A stretch of 64,000 nt of DNA, from positions 1,536,001-1,600,000 of the forward strand of contig OZ245002.1 of NCBI GenBank assembly GCA_965223415.1. The letters are read 5' to 3'. A model generated the notes under the pieces. It was not told the DNA's origin and did not search any database. It saw only the letters and a program-made list of their open reading frames with translations. The DNA comes from Myxococcota bacterium (GTDB lineage: Bacteria > Myxococcota_A > UBA9160 > UBA6930). Within the stretch, counting starts at the first letter, position 1. Each line of letters starts with the position of its first letter. The position numbers and the translations under genes are program-made. Shown piece by piece: positions 27,757 to 36,556 of this stretch.

Positions 27757-28274
27757 CCACCTTCGACCCCGACCGAAGCTGGGCTGCGCTCGAGCGGCGC
27801 ATGGAGACGGAGAAGGACCCCCGGCGGCGACAGCTGTTGGCCCAGGTACGGGACCATATGCGCACGGAGATCGGCGGACAGCTCGACCCGCTGATGGCCA
27901 CCCTGGTCGACGAGCCGCGCTACCACTTCCGCGGGCTCGGCTTCGACATGGGCCCGAAGGGACGCGAGGCCGTCCACGCCTTCTACAAGGACATGATCGC
28001 GGGCGGCGGAAACCGCTTCATGTTCGACATCCAGCGCATCGTCGTGGACGAGAACGCTGTCGTGACCGAGGGCTTCATGCGCACCACGACGACCGGCGCG
28101 GACCTCATCGCGAGCGGCGTCAGCGAGGTGGACGGCCAGCCCGTGGAGGCCGGGGCCCGCTATCTCTCCGAGAGCCTGATCCTGACCGTCTGGCCCGCCG
28201 ACGAGGACGGGCGCCTGGTGGGCGAGGACATCTGGTTCGGCAGCCCGCCCAACTCGAAGCTCAGCCGGCTCTAG
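27753..28274 (+). CDS. SnoaL/NTF2-like hypothetical protein
   Basis: GTGA overlap with the upstream stop; HMRTE, GREAVHAFY, VVTEG, DGRLVGED. Confidence 0.75.
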   Translation: MTTFDPDRSWAALERRMETEKDPRRRQLLAQVRDHMRTEIGGQLDPLMATLVDEPRYHFRGLGFDMGPKGREAVHAFYKDMIAGGGNRFMFDIQRIVVDENAVVTEGFMRTTTTGADLIASGVSEVDGQPVEAGARYLSESLILTVWPADEDGRLVGEDIWFGSPPNSKLSRL

Positions 28275-28301
28275 CCGCCTGCGAACCGGGAGACGCACCA
28301 G

Positions 28302-30230
28302 GTGCCGTCGAAGAGAAGGATTGCCGCCCTCGTCCTCGCGGCGCTCGCGACGCCGGCCTGCCAGCAGGCCGCGCCCCCCGAGCGCGGAGCCGGAACCGCC
28401 GCGACGTGGACGGCCTGGGGCGGCACGCCGGGCGGCGGCCACTATTCGCCGGCCACCCAGATCACGCGGGAGAACGTGCGCTGGCTGAGGCCGGCCTGGG
28501 AGCACCGCTCCGGGGACATTCGCCATCCGGGCCACCCCAGCGAGTACGGCATGCCGCTTCCCGCTAGCGGCTTCCAGACGACACCGATCGTCATCGACGA
28601 CACGCTCTACTACTGCTCGTCGTTCAACATGGTCTTCGCGCTGGACGCCGAGACCGGCGAGGAAAAGTGGCGCTTCGACCCGGAGCTCGATAAGAGCGTG
28701 CACCTGCTGCCGAACTGCCGCGGCGTGAGCAGCTGGCGATCCGGTGGCGAAGGCCCCTGCGAGCACCGCATCTTCGTGGGCACCCTCGACGCGCGGCTGA
28801 TCGCCCTCGATGCCGCGACCGGTGAGCGATGCACCGGCTTCGGCGAGGGCGGCGAAGTCGACGTCACCCATCGGATCTCCGAGCACCAGCCGATCGAATA
28901 CAGCATCACCTCCCCTCCGGCGATCCTGGGCGACCTGGTGATCACCGGCTCCCTGGTGCTCGACAACACCCGTACCGACGCGCCTAGCGGGGTGGTGCGC
29001 GCCTACGACGTCCGCAGCGGCGAGCTCCGCTGGGCATGGAACCCGGTACGCGAAGGCATGGAGGGCCTGAACGAGGATGGCACCTATCGAAGCGGCACCA
29101 CCAACGTCTGGTCGGTGATCGCCGTCGACGAGGCGCGGAAGCTCGTCTTCGTGCCCACGGGCAACACCAACCCGGACTACTTCGGCGGGCACCGCAAGGG
29201 CCTCGACCACTACTCCAGCTCCGTCGTCGCCCTCCACGGCGATACGGGTGAGGTCGCCTGGCACTACCAGATGGTCCACCACGACCTGTGGGACTACGAC
29301 ACCCCGTCCCAGCCGACGCTCATGGACCTGCGCATCAGCGACGAGACCGTACCGGTCGTCGTCCAGGTCACGAAGATGGGCATGACCTTCGTGCTCCACC
29401 GCGAGACCGGCGAGCCCGTGTGGCCGGTGGACGAGCGCCCGGTGCCCCAAGGCGCGGTGGAGGGCGAGTACCTCTCCCCGACGCAGCCCTTCCCGACCCA
29501 CGTCCCCCACCTGCTGCCTCCGCTCACCCCCGAAGACGCCTGGGGCTTCACCTTCCTCGACGAGGGGGCCTGTCGCGATCGGATGCAGGAGCTGCGTTAC
29601 GAAGGCATCTACACGCCGCCGTCGCTCCAGGGCTCGATCCTCTACCCGAGCAACGGGGGTGGCAACAACTGGGGTTCGCCCGCCATCCACCCTGGAGAGG
29701 GGATGATGCTGGTCGTCACCTGGCGCCTCCCGGCCACCTCTCGCCTGATCCCGCGCGATCGTTGCGAGGGCGTTCTGCAGCAGCAGGCCGGAACGCCCTA
29801 CTGCGTCGAGACGGACCTGCTCACCTCTCCCATCGGCGTGCCCTGCACCGCGCCGCCCTGGGGCACCCTGGACGCGGTCGACCTGGCAGCCGGCGGGATC
29901 CGCTGGAGCGTCCCCCTGGGCACGACCCGGGACATGGCGCCCTTCCCCTTCTGGTGGATCCGGGGCATTCCGGGCGTCGGGGGACCGATCGTCACCTCCA
30001 CCGGGCTCGTCTTCGTCGGCGCCGCCATGGAGCACGTGCTCCGCGCCCATGACCTCGCCAACGGCGAGGTCCTCTGGGAGGGAGACCTGCCGACCTCCGC
30101 GAACTCGGTTCCGATGAGCTACCAGGTGCGCGAAGGCGGTCGCCAGTACGTGGTCGTCGCGGCCGGGGGGCATTGGGGCGCGCCGACTCCAGTGGGAGAC
30201 CACCTGGTGGCCTTCGCGCTGCCCGAATAA
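28302..30230 (+). CDS. PQQ-dependent dehydrogenase (glucose/quinate/shikimate family), exported form
   Basis: Signal peptide; FQTTP, ALDAETGEEKW, VHHDLWDYD, GGNNWG, PPWG, GDHLVAFALP. Confidence 0.92.
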   Translation: MPSKRRIAALVLAALATPACQQAAPPERGAGTAATWTAWGGTPGGGHYSPATQITRENVRWLRPAWEHRSGDIRHPGHPSEYGMPLPASGFQTTPIVIDDTLYYCSSFNMVFALDAETGEEKWRFDPELDKSVHLLPNCRGVSSWRSGGEGPCEHRIFVGTLDARLIALDAATGERCTGFGEGGEVDVTHRISEHQPIEYSITSPPAILGDLVITGSLVLDNTRTDAPSGVVRAYDVRSGELRWAWNPVREGMEGLNEDGTYRSGTTNVWSVIAVDEARKLVFVPTGNTNPDYFGGHRKGLDHYSSSVVALHGDTGEVAWHYQMVHHDLWDYDTPSQPTLMDLRISDETVPVVVQVTKMGMTFVLHRETGEPVWPVDERPVPQGAVEGEYLSPTQPFPTHVPHLLPPLTPEDAWGFTFLDEGACRDRMQELRYEGIYTPPSLQGSILYPSNGGGNNWGSPAIHPGEGMMLVVTWRLPATSRLIPRDRCEGVLQQQAGTPYCVETDLLTSPIGVPCTAPPWGTLDAVDLAAGGIRWSVPLGTTRDMAPFPFWWIRGIPGVGGPIVTSTGLVFVGAAMEHVLRAHDLANGEVLWEGDLPTSANSVPMSYQVREGGRQYVVVAAGGHWGAPTPVGDHLVAFALPE

Positions 30231-30250
30231 CACGAGGTATGCTCGTCGGC

Positions 30251-32065
30251 ATGCGTGTGCTGGCGGCCGGCCTCGTCCTCCTCCTCTCGCTCGCGGCTCG
30301 CGCCGACGACGAACGCCGGCTCAGCCATCTCGCCCTCGACGTGATGATCGAGGGACAGGCGCGGGTGATGGGCATCGCCGATCGCATGCGAATCGACGGA
30401 GCCGATCTCTGCGGGCGGAACGTCGCCCCGGTGGTCGGCGCCTTCGCGGCCGACCGCAAGACCATCGATGACATGTACCGCGACAAGGACTTCGTCGACC
30501 CGTTCATCGACGCGGGCATCGAACGCTGGGAGCTGACCCGACAGCCGAGAATCCTGCGAGTGGTTCCCGGACTGCCGGCCGCGGAGGCCGGGCTCGGGCC
30601 GGGCGACCTGGTGGTCGCCGTCGACGGGAAGAAGGTGAGGAAGCGCGTCTTCCTCGACGTTCTGCGGGGGCGCGGGAAGAAGGGCACGCTCCAGCTCGAC
30701 GTCGAGCGCGCCGGCGCGGTGCAGTCGATCCCGGTCGAAGTGCGGATGGGATGCGCCATCCCGAGCCGCTTCATGCACGGCCCGGACATCAACGCCTTCG
30801 CAACGAGCTTCGGGAGCCTTACGGGCATCTACTTCTACAGCGGCCTTCTCCGCTACTTCCCCGACGACGACCACCTGGCGATGATCGTCGGGCACGAGCT
30901 GGCCCATCACGTCCTCGGCCACACGAACCAACCGCGCACCAGCGAGCGGATCGAGGCCGAGGCCGACTACCTGGGCCTCTACTTCGCGGCGCGATCCGGC
31001 TTCGACATCTCGGTGGCGCCGGAGGTGGAAGAGGCCCTGGCGAGGACCACGCCCTACCAGTCGATCCAATGGGGCTACTACTCCCATCCGATCTCGGCGC
31101 GGCGTTCCCTCGAGCAGCGTGCGGCCATCGAGGAGATCGAGGGCAAGCGGAGTCGGGGCGAGTCCCTCGTCCCGGAGAAGGGGAGGCGATGGCTCGAGCG
31201 TCCGGAAGCCGACGAGGCCGAGGTCGACGAGTACACGGCCAGGCTTCGCGAGCAGGCGCTGGAGCTGTTCCGCTCCCATCAGGCTGCGATCCAGCGCGTG
31301 AGCCATCGCCTCGCCACGGCGGGCACCGACGTCTGCGGCCCGCGCACGTCGCCGGTCCTCGGCGCCACCCTCGGCCGGGTCCGCGACTTTGCACACGCGA
31401 AGCAGGAAGAGGTGGAGGCCGCCTTCGGGGTCGGGGAAGAGGTGACGGTCTTCGCGGTCGCCGAGGGCTCACCGGCGGCGGAGGCTGGCCTCCGGGTCGC
31501 GGACCGCGTACTCGAGGCCGCCGGCGATCGCGTCACCCGCACGAAGCACGTCTTCGAACGACTGCGGCGTTCGGAGGGAGGCCCCATCGCGCTCCGCGTC
31601 GGGCGCGGCGACGAGACGCTCGAGCTCTCGCTCCGGTCGGTTCCGGGGTGTGAGTTCGGCGTCATGACGGCGCCAAGCACGAGCATCTCGACCTGGAACC
31701 ACGACAACGAGAAGGAGATGTTCGTTCCCACCGGCCTCGTCCGCTTCGCTCGCGACGACGACGAGCTCGCCTTCGCGATCGCCCACCAGATGGGTCATCA
31801 CCTGGTGGGAAGCTTCCGGACCGAGGAGGACGAGCCCCGAGCCGACGAGCTCGGCCTCCGCATCGCCGCGAGGGCCGGCTTCGACGTGGGCCGGGCGCCG
31901 GCCTTCTGGGACCGTTGGGCCGCCGAGCAGTTCTGGACCATCAGCGACGACATGGACGGCACCTACATCCGGCACGGCGCGATGGCGGTGAGAGCCCCGG
32001 CCATCCGGGCGGCGGTCGCGTCCATTCAGGACGAGATCACTCGTAGTGGAACTCCGCCCCCTTGA
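30251..32065 (+). CDS. Exported M48 metallopeptidase with two tandem PDZ+M48 modules
   Basis: Signal peptide; PAAEAGL PDZ motif twice; HELAH...EAEAD, then HQMGH...EPRAD. Confidence 0.82.
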   Translation: MRVLAAGLVLLLSLAARADDERRLSHLALDVMIEGQARVMGIADRMRIDGADLCGRNVAPVVGAFAADRKTIDDMYRDKDFVDPFIDAGIERWELTRQPRILRVVPGLPAAEAGLGPGDLVVAVDGKKVRKRVFLDVLRGRGKKGTLQLDVERAGAVQSIPVEVRMGCAIPSRFMHGPDINAFATSFGSLTGIYFYSGLLRYFPDDDHLAMIVGHELAHHVLGHTNQPRTSERIEAEADYLGLYFAARSGFDISVAPEVEEALARTTPYQSIQWGYYSHPISARRSLEQRAAIEEIEGKRSRGESLVPEKGRRWLERPEADEAEVDEYTARLREQALELFRSHQAAIQRVSHRLATAGTDVCGPRTSPVLGATLGRVRDFAHAKQEEVEAAFGVGEEVTVFAVAEGSPAAEAGLRVADRVLEAAGDRVTRTKHVFERLRRSEGGPIALRVGRGDETLELSLRSVPGCEFGVMTAPSTSISTWNHDNEKEMFVPTGLVRFARDDDELAFAIAHQMGHHLVGSFRTEEDEPRADELGLRIAARAGFDVGRAPAFWDRWAAEQFWTISDDMDGTYIRHGAMAVRAPAIRAAVASIQDEITRSGTPPP

Positions 32066-33509
32066 GGTCGATGGCGGGAATCTCGTGGCGCTCCGCCCAG
32101 TAGTCCTGGGTGTGCTGCCACTCCCGCTTCGGGCCCCGCTTCGGCAGCAGGTGCATGCTTCGCATGAGGTAGTTGGGGTTGAAGTTCTCCGGGTCCATCC
32201 AGGGGAGGAGCGGCATTCCCGCGTCCTCGGGCCGGAGCACGGGCTCGACGCGCTTGGCGCCGGTCTCGTCCATGTGCTGGAGCAGCCGGCAGGTGAAGTC
32301 CGCGAGGAGGTCGACGCGCAACGTCCAGCTCGCCCGGAAGTAGCCGAAGATCCACAGCAGGTTCGGCACCCCGGTGAACATCATGCCGCGGTAGGTGAGG
32401 GTTTGGGAGAAGTCCATGGGCTTGCCGTCGATGGCGAACTGGATGTCGCCGAGGACGCTCAGGTTGAAGCCGGTGGCGGTGACGATGATGTCCGCCTCGA
32501 GCTCCTCGCCGGATTTCAGCAGGATGCCCTTCTTCGTGAAGTGCTCGATCTCGTCGGTGACCACGGACGCCTTCCCGGCGGCGATGCCCTTGAAGACGTC
32601 GCCGTCCGGCACGAAGGCGATGCGCTGCTGCCAGGGCCGGTACTCCGGGGTGAAGTGCTTCTCCACGTCGTAGTCGTCCGGGAGGTACTCCCTGACCGCG
32701 TTGATCAGCTCCTGCTTCATGAACTCGGGCTGGTCGACGCAGAGCTGGGTGATGGCCGCCTGGTCGTGGAGGATCTTGCGGCGCGTGATCTCGTGGATCC
32801 AGGACTCGTCGATGTCCAGCACGCGGAGCTGATCGGCCAGCTCGTTCACGTTGCGCCCGGGGATGAAGTAGGTCGGCGAGCGCTGCAGCATCGTCACATG
32901 GGCGGTGTCGGCTGCGATCGCGGGAACGAGGGTCGCCGCGGTCGCGCCCGAGCCGATCACGATCACGTTCTTGTCCTGGTAGTCCAGGTCCTCGGGCCAG
33001 GTCTGCGGATGGACGATCTCCCCTTCGAACTCCTCGATCCCCTCCCACTCGGGGGTGTAGCCCTCCGAGTGGCGGTAGTAGCCCTGGCACATCCACAGGA
33101 AGCGGGCCGTGAAGCGAACGGCCTCACCGGTGTCCTGCCGCTCGCCCTCGATCGTCCAGAGGTTCTCCTCGCTCGACCAGCGGGCCGAAGCGATCCGGTG
33201 CTGGTAGCGGATGTACCGGGCGAGATCGTTCTCTTCGATCACCTCGCCCATGTAGGACAGGATCTCCTCCGCCGTCGCGATGGGCGGGCCCGTCCAGGGC
33301 TTGAAGCGGTAGCCGAAGGTGTAGAGATCGCTGTCGGAGCGGATGCCCGGGTACTTGTGCATCAGCCAGGTGCCGCCGAAGCTCTCGAGCCCCTCGAGGA
33401 CCACGAAGGTCTTGTCGGGACACTGCTGGGTGAGGTGGTAGGCGGCGCCGACACCCGAGATGCCGGCCCCGACGATGAGGACGTCGAAATGCTCTGCGTT
33501 GGCGGACAC
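32037..33509 (-). CDS. Flavin monooxygenase, Baeyer-Villiger/EthA-like
   Basis: GAGISG, YPGIRSDSD, FEGEIVHPQTWP fingerprint, GSGATA, ATG; GGGGAG RBS before GTG. Confidence 0.94.
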   Translation of the reverse strand: MSANAEHFDVLIVGAGISGVGAAYHLTQQCPDKTFVVLEGLESFGGTWLMHKYPGIRSDSDLYTFGYRFKPWTGPPIATAEEILSYMGEVIEENDLARYIRYQHRIASARWSSEENLWTIEGERQDTGEAVRFTARFLWMCQGYYRHSEGYTPEWEGIEEFEGEIVHPQTWPEDLDYQDKNVIVIGSGATAATLVPAIAADTAHVTMLQRSPTYFIPGRNVNELADQLRVLDIDESWIHEITRRKILHDQAAITQLCVDQPEFMKQELINAVREYLPDDYDVEKHFTPEYRPWQQRIAFVPDGDVFKGIAAGKASVVTDEIEHFTKKGILLKSGEELEADIIVTATGFNLSVLGDIQFAIDGKPMDFSQTLTYRGMMFTGVPNLLWIFGYFRASWTLRVDLLADFTCRLLQHMDETGAKRVEPVLRPEDAGMPLLPWMDPENFNPNYLMRSMHLLPKRGPKREWQHTQDYWAERHEIPAIDLKGAEFHYE

Positions 33510-33639
33510 GGTACTCCCCTGTTTTGCCGATTCGTGCAGCAAGCGCTGTACCAGATGGCGCCGTCCGACGGGCGACCTTGGGCAGGGAGCCTGCGGCCCG
33601 AAGCCCCGTAGGAGGAGCGACTGGGACGATCGGCCCCAC

Positions 33640-34431
33640 TTAGCCCTCTTCGGTCGCCCCGAAGGCCGGCGCCTCCTCAATGAGGCGGACCATCCGGCGA
33701 AGTGTGTCCCGCTGGGTCTCCGCGTCGCCGGGGCGACCGACGGTCGCCCCGATGTTGAGCTTGCGGATCAGCTGCCGCGGCGGGCGGGCCGCCCCGGAGA
33801 GCGGCGGCATGACGGAGACGAGGGCGGTGGGGAAGCCGGCCTCTTCGAGGCCGCGTGCGATCAGACTCACGGTCTGATGGCAGACGGGTCACGAGGGCAC
33901 CAGTAGCGCCGCTTCCGCGCCGTCACCTCGCAGCCGCTCGACCAGCGCGGGGATCGTCTCCTGGAGCAGGGGCGCGACGTCGACGACCAGGCCCATGAGC
34001 ACGTGGGTGGTGCGGGCGACCGACCCGATCTCGCCGGCCGCCTCCATCTCGCGCAGCCGGTCCAGGGGAAGGTTGACGTTGTGGTCTTCCTCGGCGAACC
34101 GGTGGTCGTAGCCGGGATGGTGGATCTGGAGCTTTGCCGGGTCCACGTCGATCGGGATCTCCCGGACCTGCGGTGCATCGCCGCCGAAGTTCGGGATCGG
34201 CTTCATCGGCTCCTGCTCGCCGGCGATCGAATAGCCCCCGGTCGTGATCAGGGCGAAGCGGGTCTCGGCTGCGGGCTTGGCGAGGCGGGCGAAGGGATTG
34301 CCCTCGGTCCGATACCACGGGTAGCTGCCGAAGGCTTCCTTCGTCTTGCCCTGCTGGATCATGGGAAGCGCCCGGACCCTCCAGGATTCGAACGTGGGCG
34401 TCCAGCTAGCGAGGCTCGTGGTATCGGACAT
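33640..34431 (-). CDS. PrdB/GrdB-family (glycine/betaine/D-proline reductase selenoprotein B-like) selenoprotein, 263 aa, Sec at codon 181 (TGA 33889-33891)
   Basis: GGAGG RBS; ALITTGG, HPGYD...D.N..LPLDRLREM...G.IG; reading through the TGA gives LLVPS-U-PVCHQTVSLIARGLEEAGFPT in frame. Confidence 0.88.
33852..33888 (-). promoter_or_regulatory. Bacterial SECIS-like stem-loop
   Basis: mRNA UGA-CCCGUCUGCC-AUCAGAC-CGUGA-GUCUGAU-CGCA; 7-bp perfect upper stem (33860-33878); loop begins after a 17-nt spacer from UGA and contains GU. Confidence 0.75.
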
Positions 34432-34464
34432 GGGACCTCCCGATGCGTCCGAGCCCGAGCCTAG

Positions 34465-35755
34465 CAGGCTGCGGAAAAACCCCGTGCGACGGGTCGAATC
34501 GGTTGGTACAGGCATACCGGGGGGATGGAGATGCGCGGAACCGATCGAACGCAGTCCACGATGTTCAGCTACGTGTCGCCGGAGGCGCGTGTCCCCGCCG
34601 ATCATCCACTGCGCGTGACGCGGGAGATGACGAATCGCGCCCTGGTCCGGCTGGACGGGAGGTTGCGGAAGCTGTACTCGCGGACGGGTCGGCCGTCGAT
34701 TCCGCCCGAGCACCTGTTGCGGGCCCTGCTGCTGCAGGTGCTCTACTCGGTGCGAAGCGAGCGGATGCTGATGGAGCAGCTCGAGTACAACCTGCTGTTC
34801 CGCTGGTTCGTGGGGCTCGAGATGGACGACCGGGTCTGGGACGTGACGGTGTTCACGAAGAATCGGGATCGGTTGCTTCGGGGAGAGATCGCGGAGGGGT
34901 TCTTTCAGGCCGTGTTGGCGGAGGCCCGCGAGGAGGGGCTTCTGTCGGACGAGCACTTCACGGTGGACGGCACGCTGATCGAGGCATGGGCGGGGCAGAA
35001 GAGCTTTCGGCCGAAGGACGAGGACCGGGGCGGCCGCGGGGGTGGACGGAAGGCGACGGAGCGGGACTTCCACGGTGAGCGTAGGAAGAACGACACGCAC
35101 GCCTCGACGACGGACCCGGAGTCCCGGCTCTACCGCAAGGGGAAGGGGAAGGAAGCGAAGCTGTGCTTCATGGGCCACGTGGTGACGGAGAACCGGCATG
35201 GCCTGGTGGTGGCGGCCAAGACGACGCTGGCCACGGGCACGGCGGAGCGCGAGGCCTCGGTGGCGATGGTGAAGCGGGTGCCACGCGGACGGCGATCGAC
35301 GTTGGGCGGAGACAAGGGCTACGACACGGTGTCGCATGTCGAAGAGCTTCGAGAGCTGGGCGTGACCCCGCACGTTGCGCAGAACGACAAGGGCCGCCGC
35401 AGCGCGATCGATGATCGAACGACGACGCACGTGGGCTACGAGATCAGCCAGCGCAAACGCAAGGCGATCGAGCAGGTCTTCGGCTGGGGGAAGACGGTAG
35501 GCCCGATTCGCAAGGTGAAGCATCGCGGCAAGGAGCGGGTGGGCTGGATGTTCACGTTCACCCAGGCGGCCTACAACCTTGTGAGGATGAGGAACCTGCT
35601 ATGCCCCACGTAGCTTGTCGGGTCGAGTGGAGGGCCCCGTTGGCAGCGAGCCGGGCGTCAACCGGCGGCAAGGCCTCGATTCCGCGCTCCTTTCCTAGCC
35701 AAAGCGCCTCCAAGGCACCGTTCTCTGCGTACCATCGGCGTTCTTCCGCAGCCTG
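34465..35755 (+). mobile_element. IS5-family insertion sequence, 1291 bp, CTAG target duplication
   Basis: TIRs CAGGCTGCGGAAAAAC (34465-34480) and GTTCTTCCGCAGCCTG (35740-35755), 15/16 match; CTAG at 34461-34464 and 35756-35759. Confidence 0.93.
34525..35613 (+). CDS. IS5-family DDE transposase
   Basis: GRPSIPPE, YSVRSER, FRWFVGL, VDGT, DKGYD, RKAIEQVFGWGK, AYNLVRM. Confidence 0.95.
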   Translation: MEMRGTDRTQSTMFSYVSPEARVPADHPLRVTREMTNRALVRLDGRLRKLYSRTGRPSIPPEHLLRALLLQVLYSVRSERMLMEQLEYNLLFRWFVGLEMDDRVWDVTVFTKNRDRLLRGEIAEGFFQAVLAEAREEGLLSDEHFTVDGTLIEAWAGQKSFRPKDEDRGGRGGGRKATERDFHGERRKNDTHASTTDPESRLYRKGKGKEAKLCFMGHVVTENRHGLVVAAKTTLATGTAEREASVAMVKRVPRGRRSTLGGDKGYDTVSHVEELRELGVTPHVAQNDKGRRSAIDDRTTTHVGYEISQRKRKAIEQVFGWGKTVGPIRKVKHRGKERVGWMFTFTQAAYNLVRMRNLLCPT

Positions 35756-36556
35756 CTAGGGCAGATCCTGCGCCTCCACCTCGTCCACGTTCCACCAGGG
35801 GGACATGGCGAACTGGATCGCGTCCCCGAACAGGACGACGTGGCGCGGTGTGGGCTCGACCTTCCCCGCCCAGCGGGTGGTGTCCTCGATCTCGACCTTG
35901 GCCGGGTCGATCAGGGTCGTGCGGGCGTTCGCGAGGCCCGCGTCGTAGAAAGTGCGATCGCAGATGCCGTTCAGCCAGTAGATGAAGTCGTTGGCTTCGA
36001 CCCATTCGGCCGTCGCACGGATCGGCTGGCCGGCCCCGGGCTCGTGGCAGACGGACGCGAAGTGGGAGCCGTCCGCGCAGACGACCTCACTCGAGAGCGA
36101 CCCGCCCTCGAGGCCGTGACGGACCTCCCCGATCCCGGTGAAGATCGCCACCGGATCCATCGAGAATGCGTCCGCCCGGGCTTCGACGACCAGGTAGCGC
36201 GGCTTGCCGGTGGAGGGCTCCCGGACGTAGAGGGACCATTCGGCTCGCAGCCCGTTCGCCAGGCCCGAGACCCGGTAGACGTTGAGGGTGAGGCAGTGGA
36301 AGGGCTCCTCTCCCTCGATGCATCGGATCGGTGCCAGCGGGTGGGGCAGGTCGAGCTCCGCCTCGATCTGACGCTTGCCCTCGGACGTGAGCGCGAAGTT
36401 GAAGTAGACCGAAGGCGGCGAAGCCTCCACCGTGAAGTGGACCAGGGGCTTGTGCCGGCCCAGGAGGATGAGGAACGAATCGCGCAGGTAGAGCTGCGAG
36501 TAGACGAAGCGCTTGATCAGCTTGCGCAAGAGGCGTTGGGATCGGGACAGGCTCAT
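35756..36556 (-). CDS. Hypothetical protein (possibly acetoacetate-decarboxylase-like fold)
   Basis: ATGA-coupled to WS/DGAT; globular composition; LPHPLAP...LTLNVY...RAEWSLYV pattern. The fold call is tentative. Confidence 0.7.
   Translation of the reverse strand: MSLSRSQRLLRKLIKRFVYSQLYLRDSFLILLGRHKPLVHFTVEASPPSVYFNFALTSEGKRQIEAELDLPHPLAPIRCIEGEEPFHCLTLNVYRVSGLANGLRAEWSLYVREPSTGKPRYLVVEARADAFSMDPVAIFTGIGEVRHGLEGGSLSSEVVCADGSHFASVCHEPGAGQPIRATAEWVEANDFIYWLNGICDRTFYDAGLANARTTLIDPAKVEIEDTTRWAGKVEPTPRHVVLFGDAIQFAMSPWWNVDEVEAQDLP

Noticed and set aside
33640..34431. Nonsense pseudogene or two separate genes
   Set aside because: The single stop is TGA at the family's Sec position in a UxxC motif, with a SECIS-like hairpin and no other lesions.
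34432..35523. 544-aa ORF 33889..35523 as a transposase-selenoprotein fusion
   Set aside because: The N-terminal part is only the antisense frame of the IS transposase. The real start is ATG 34431 with a GGAGG RBS.
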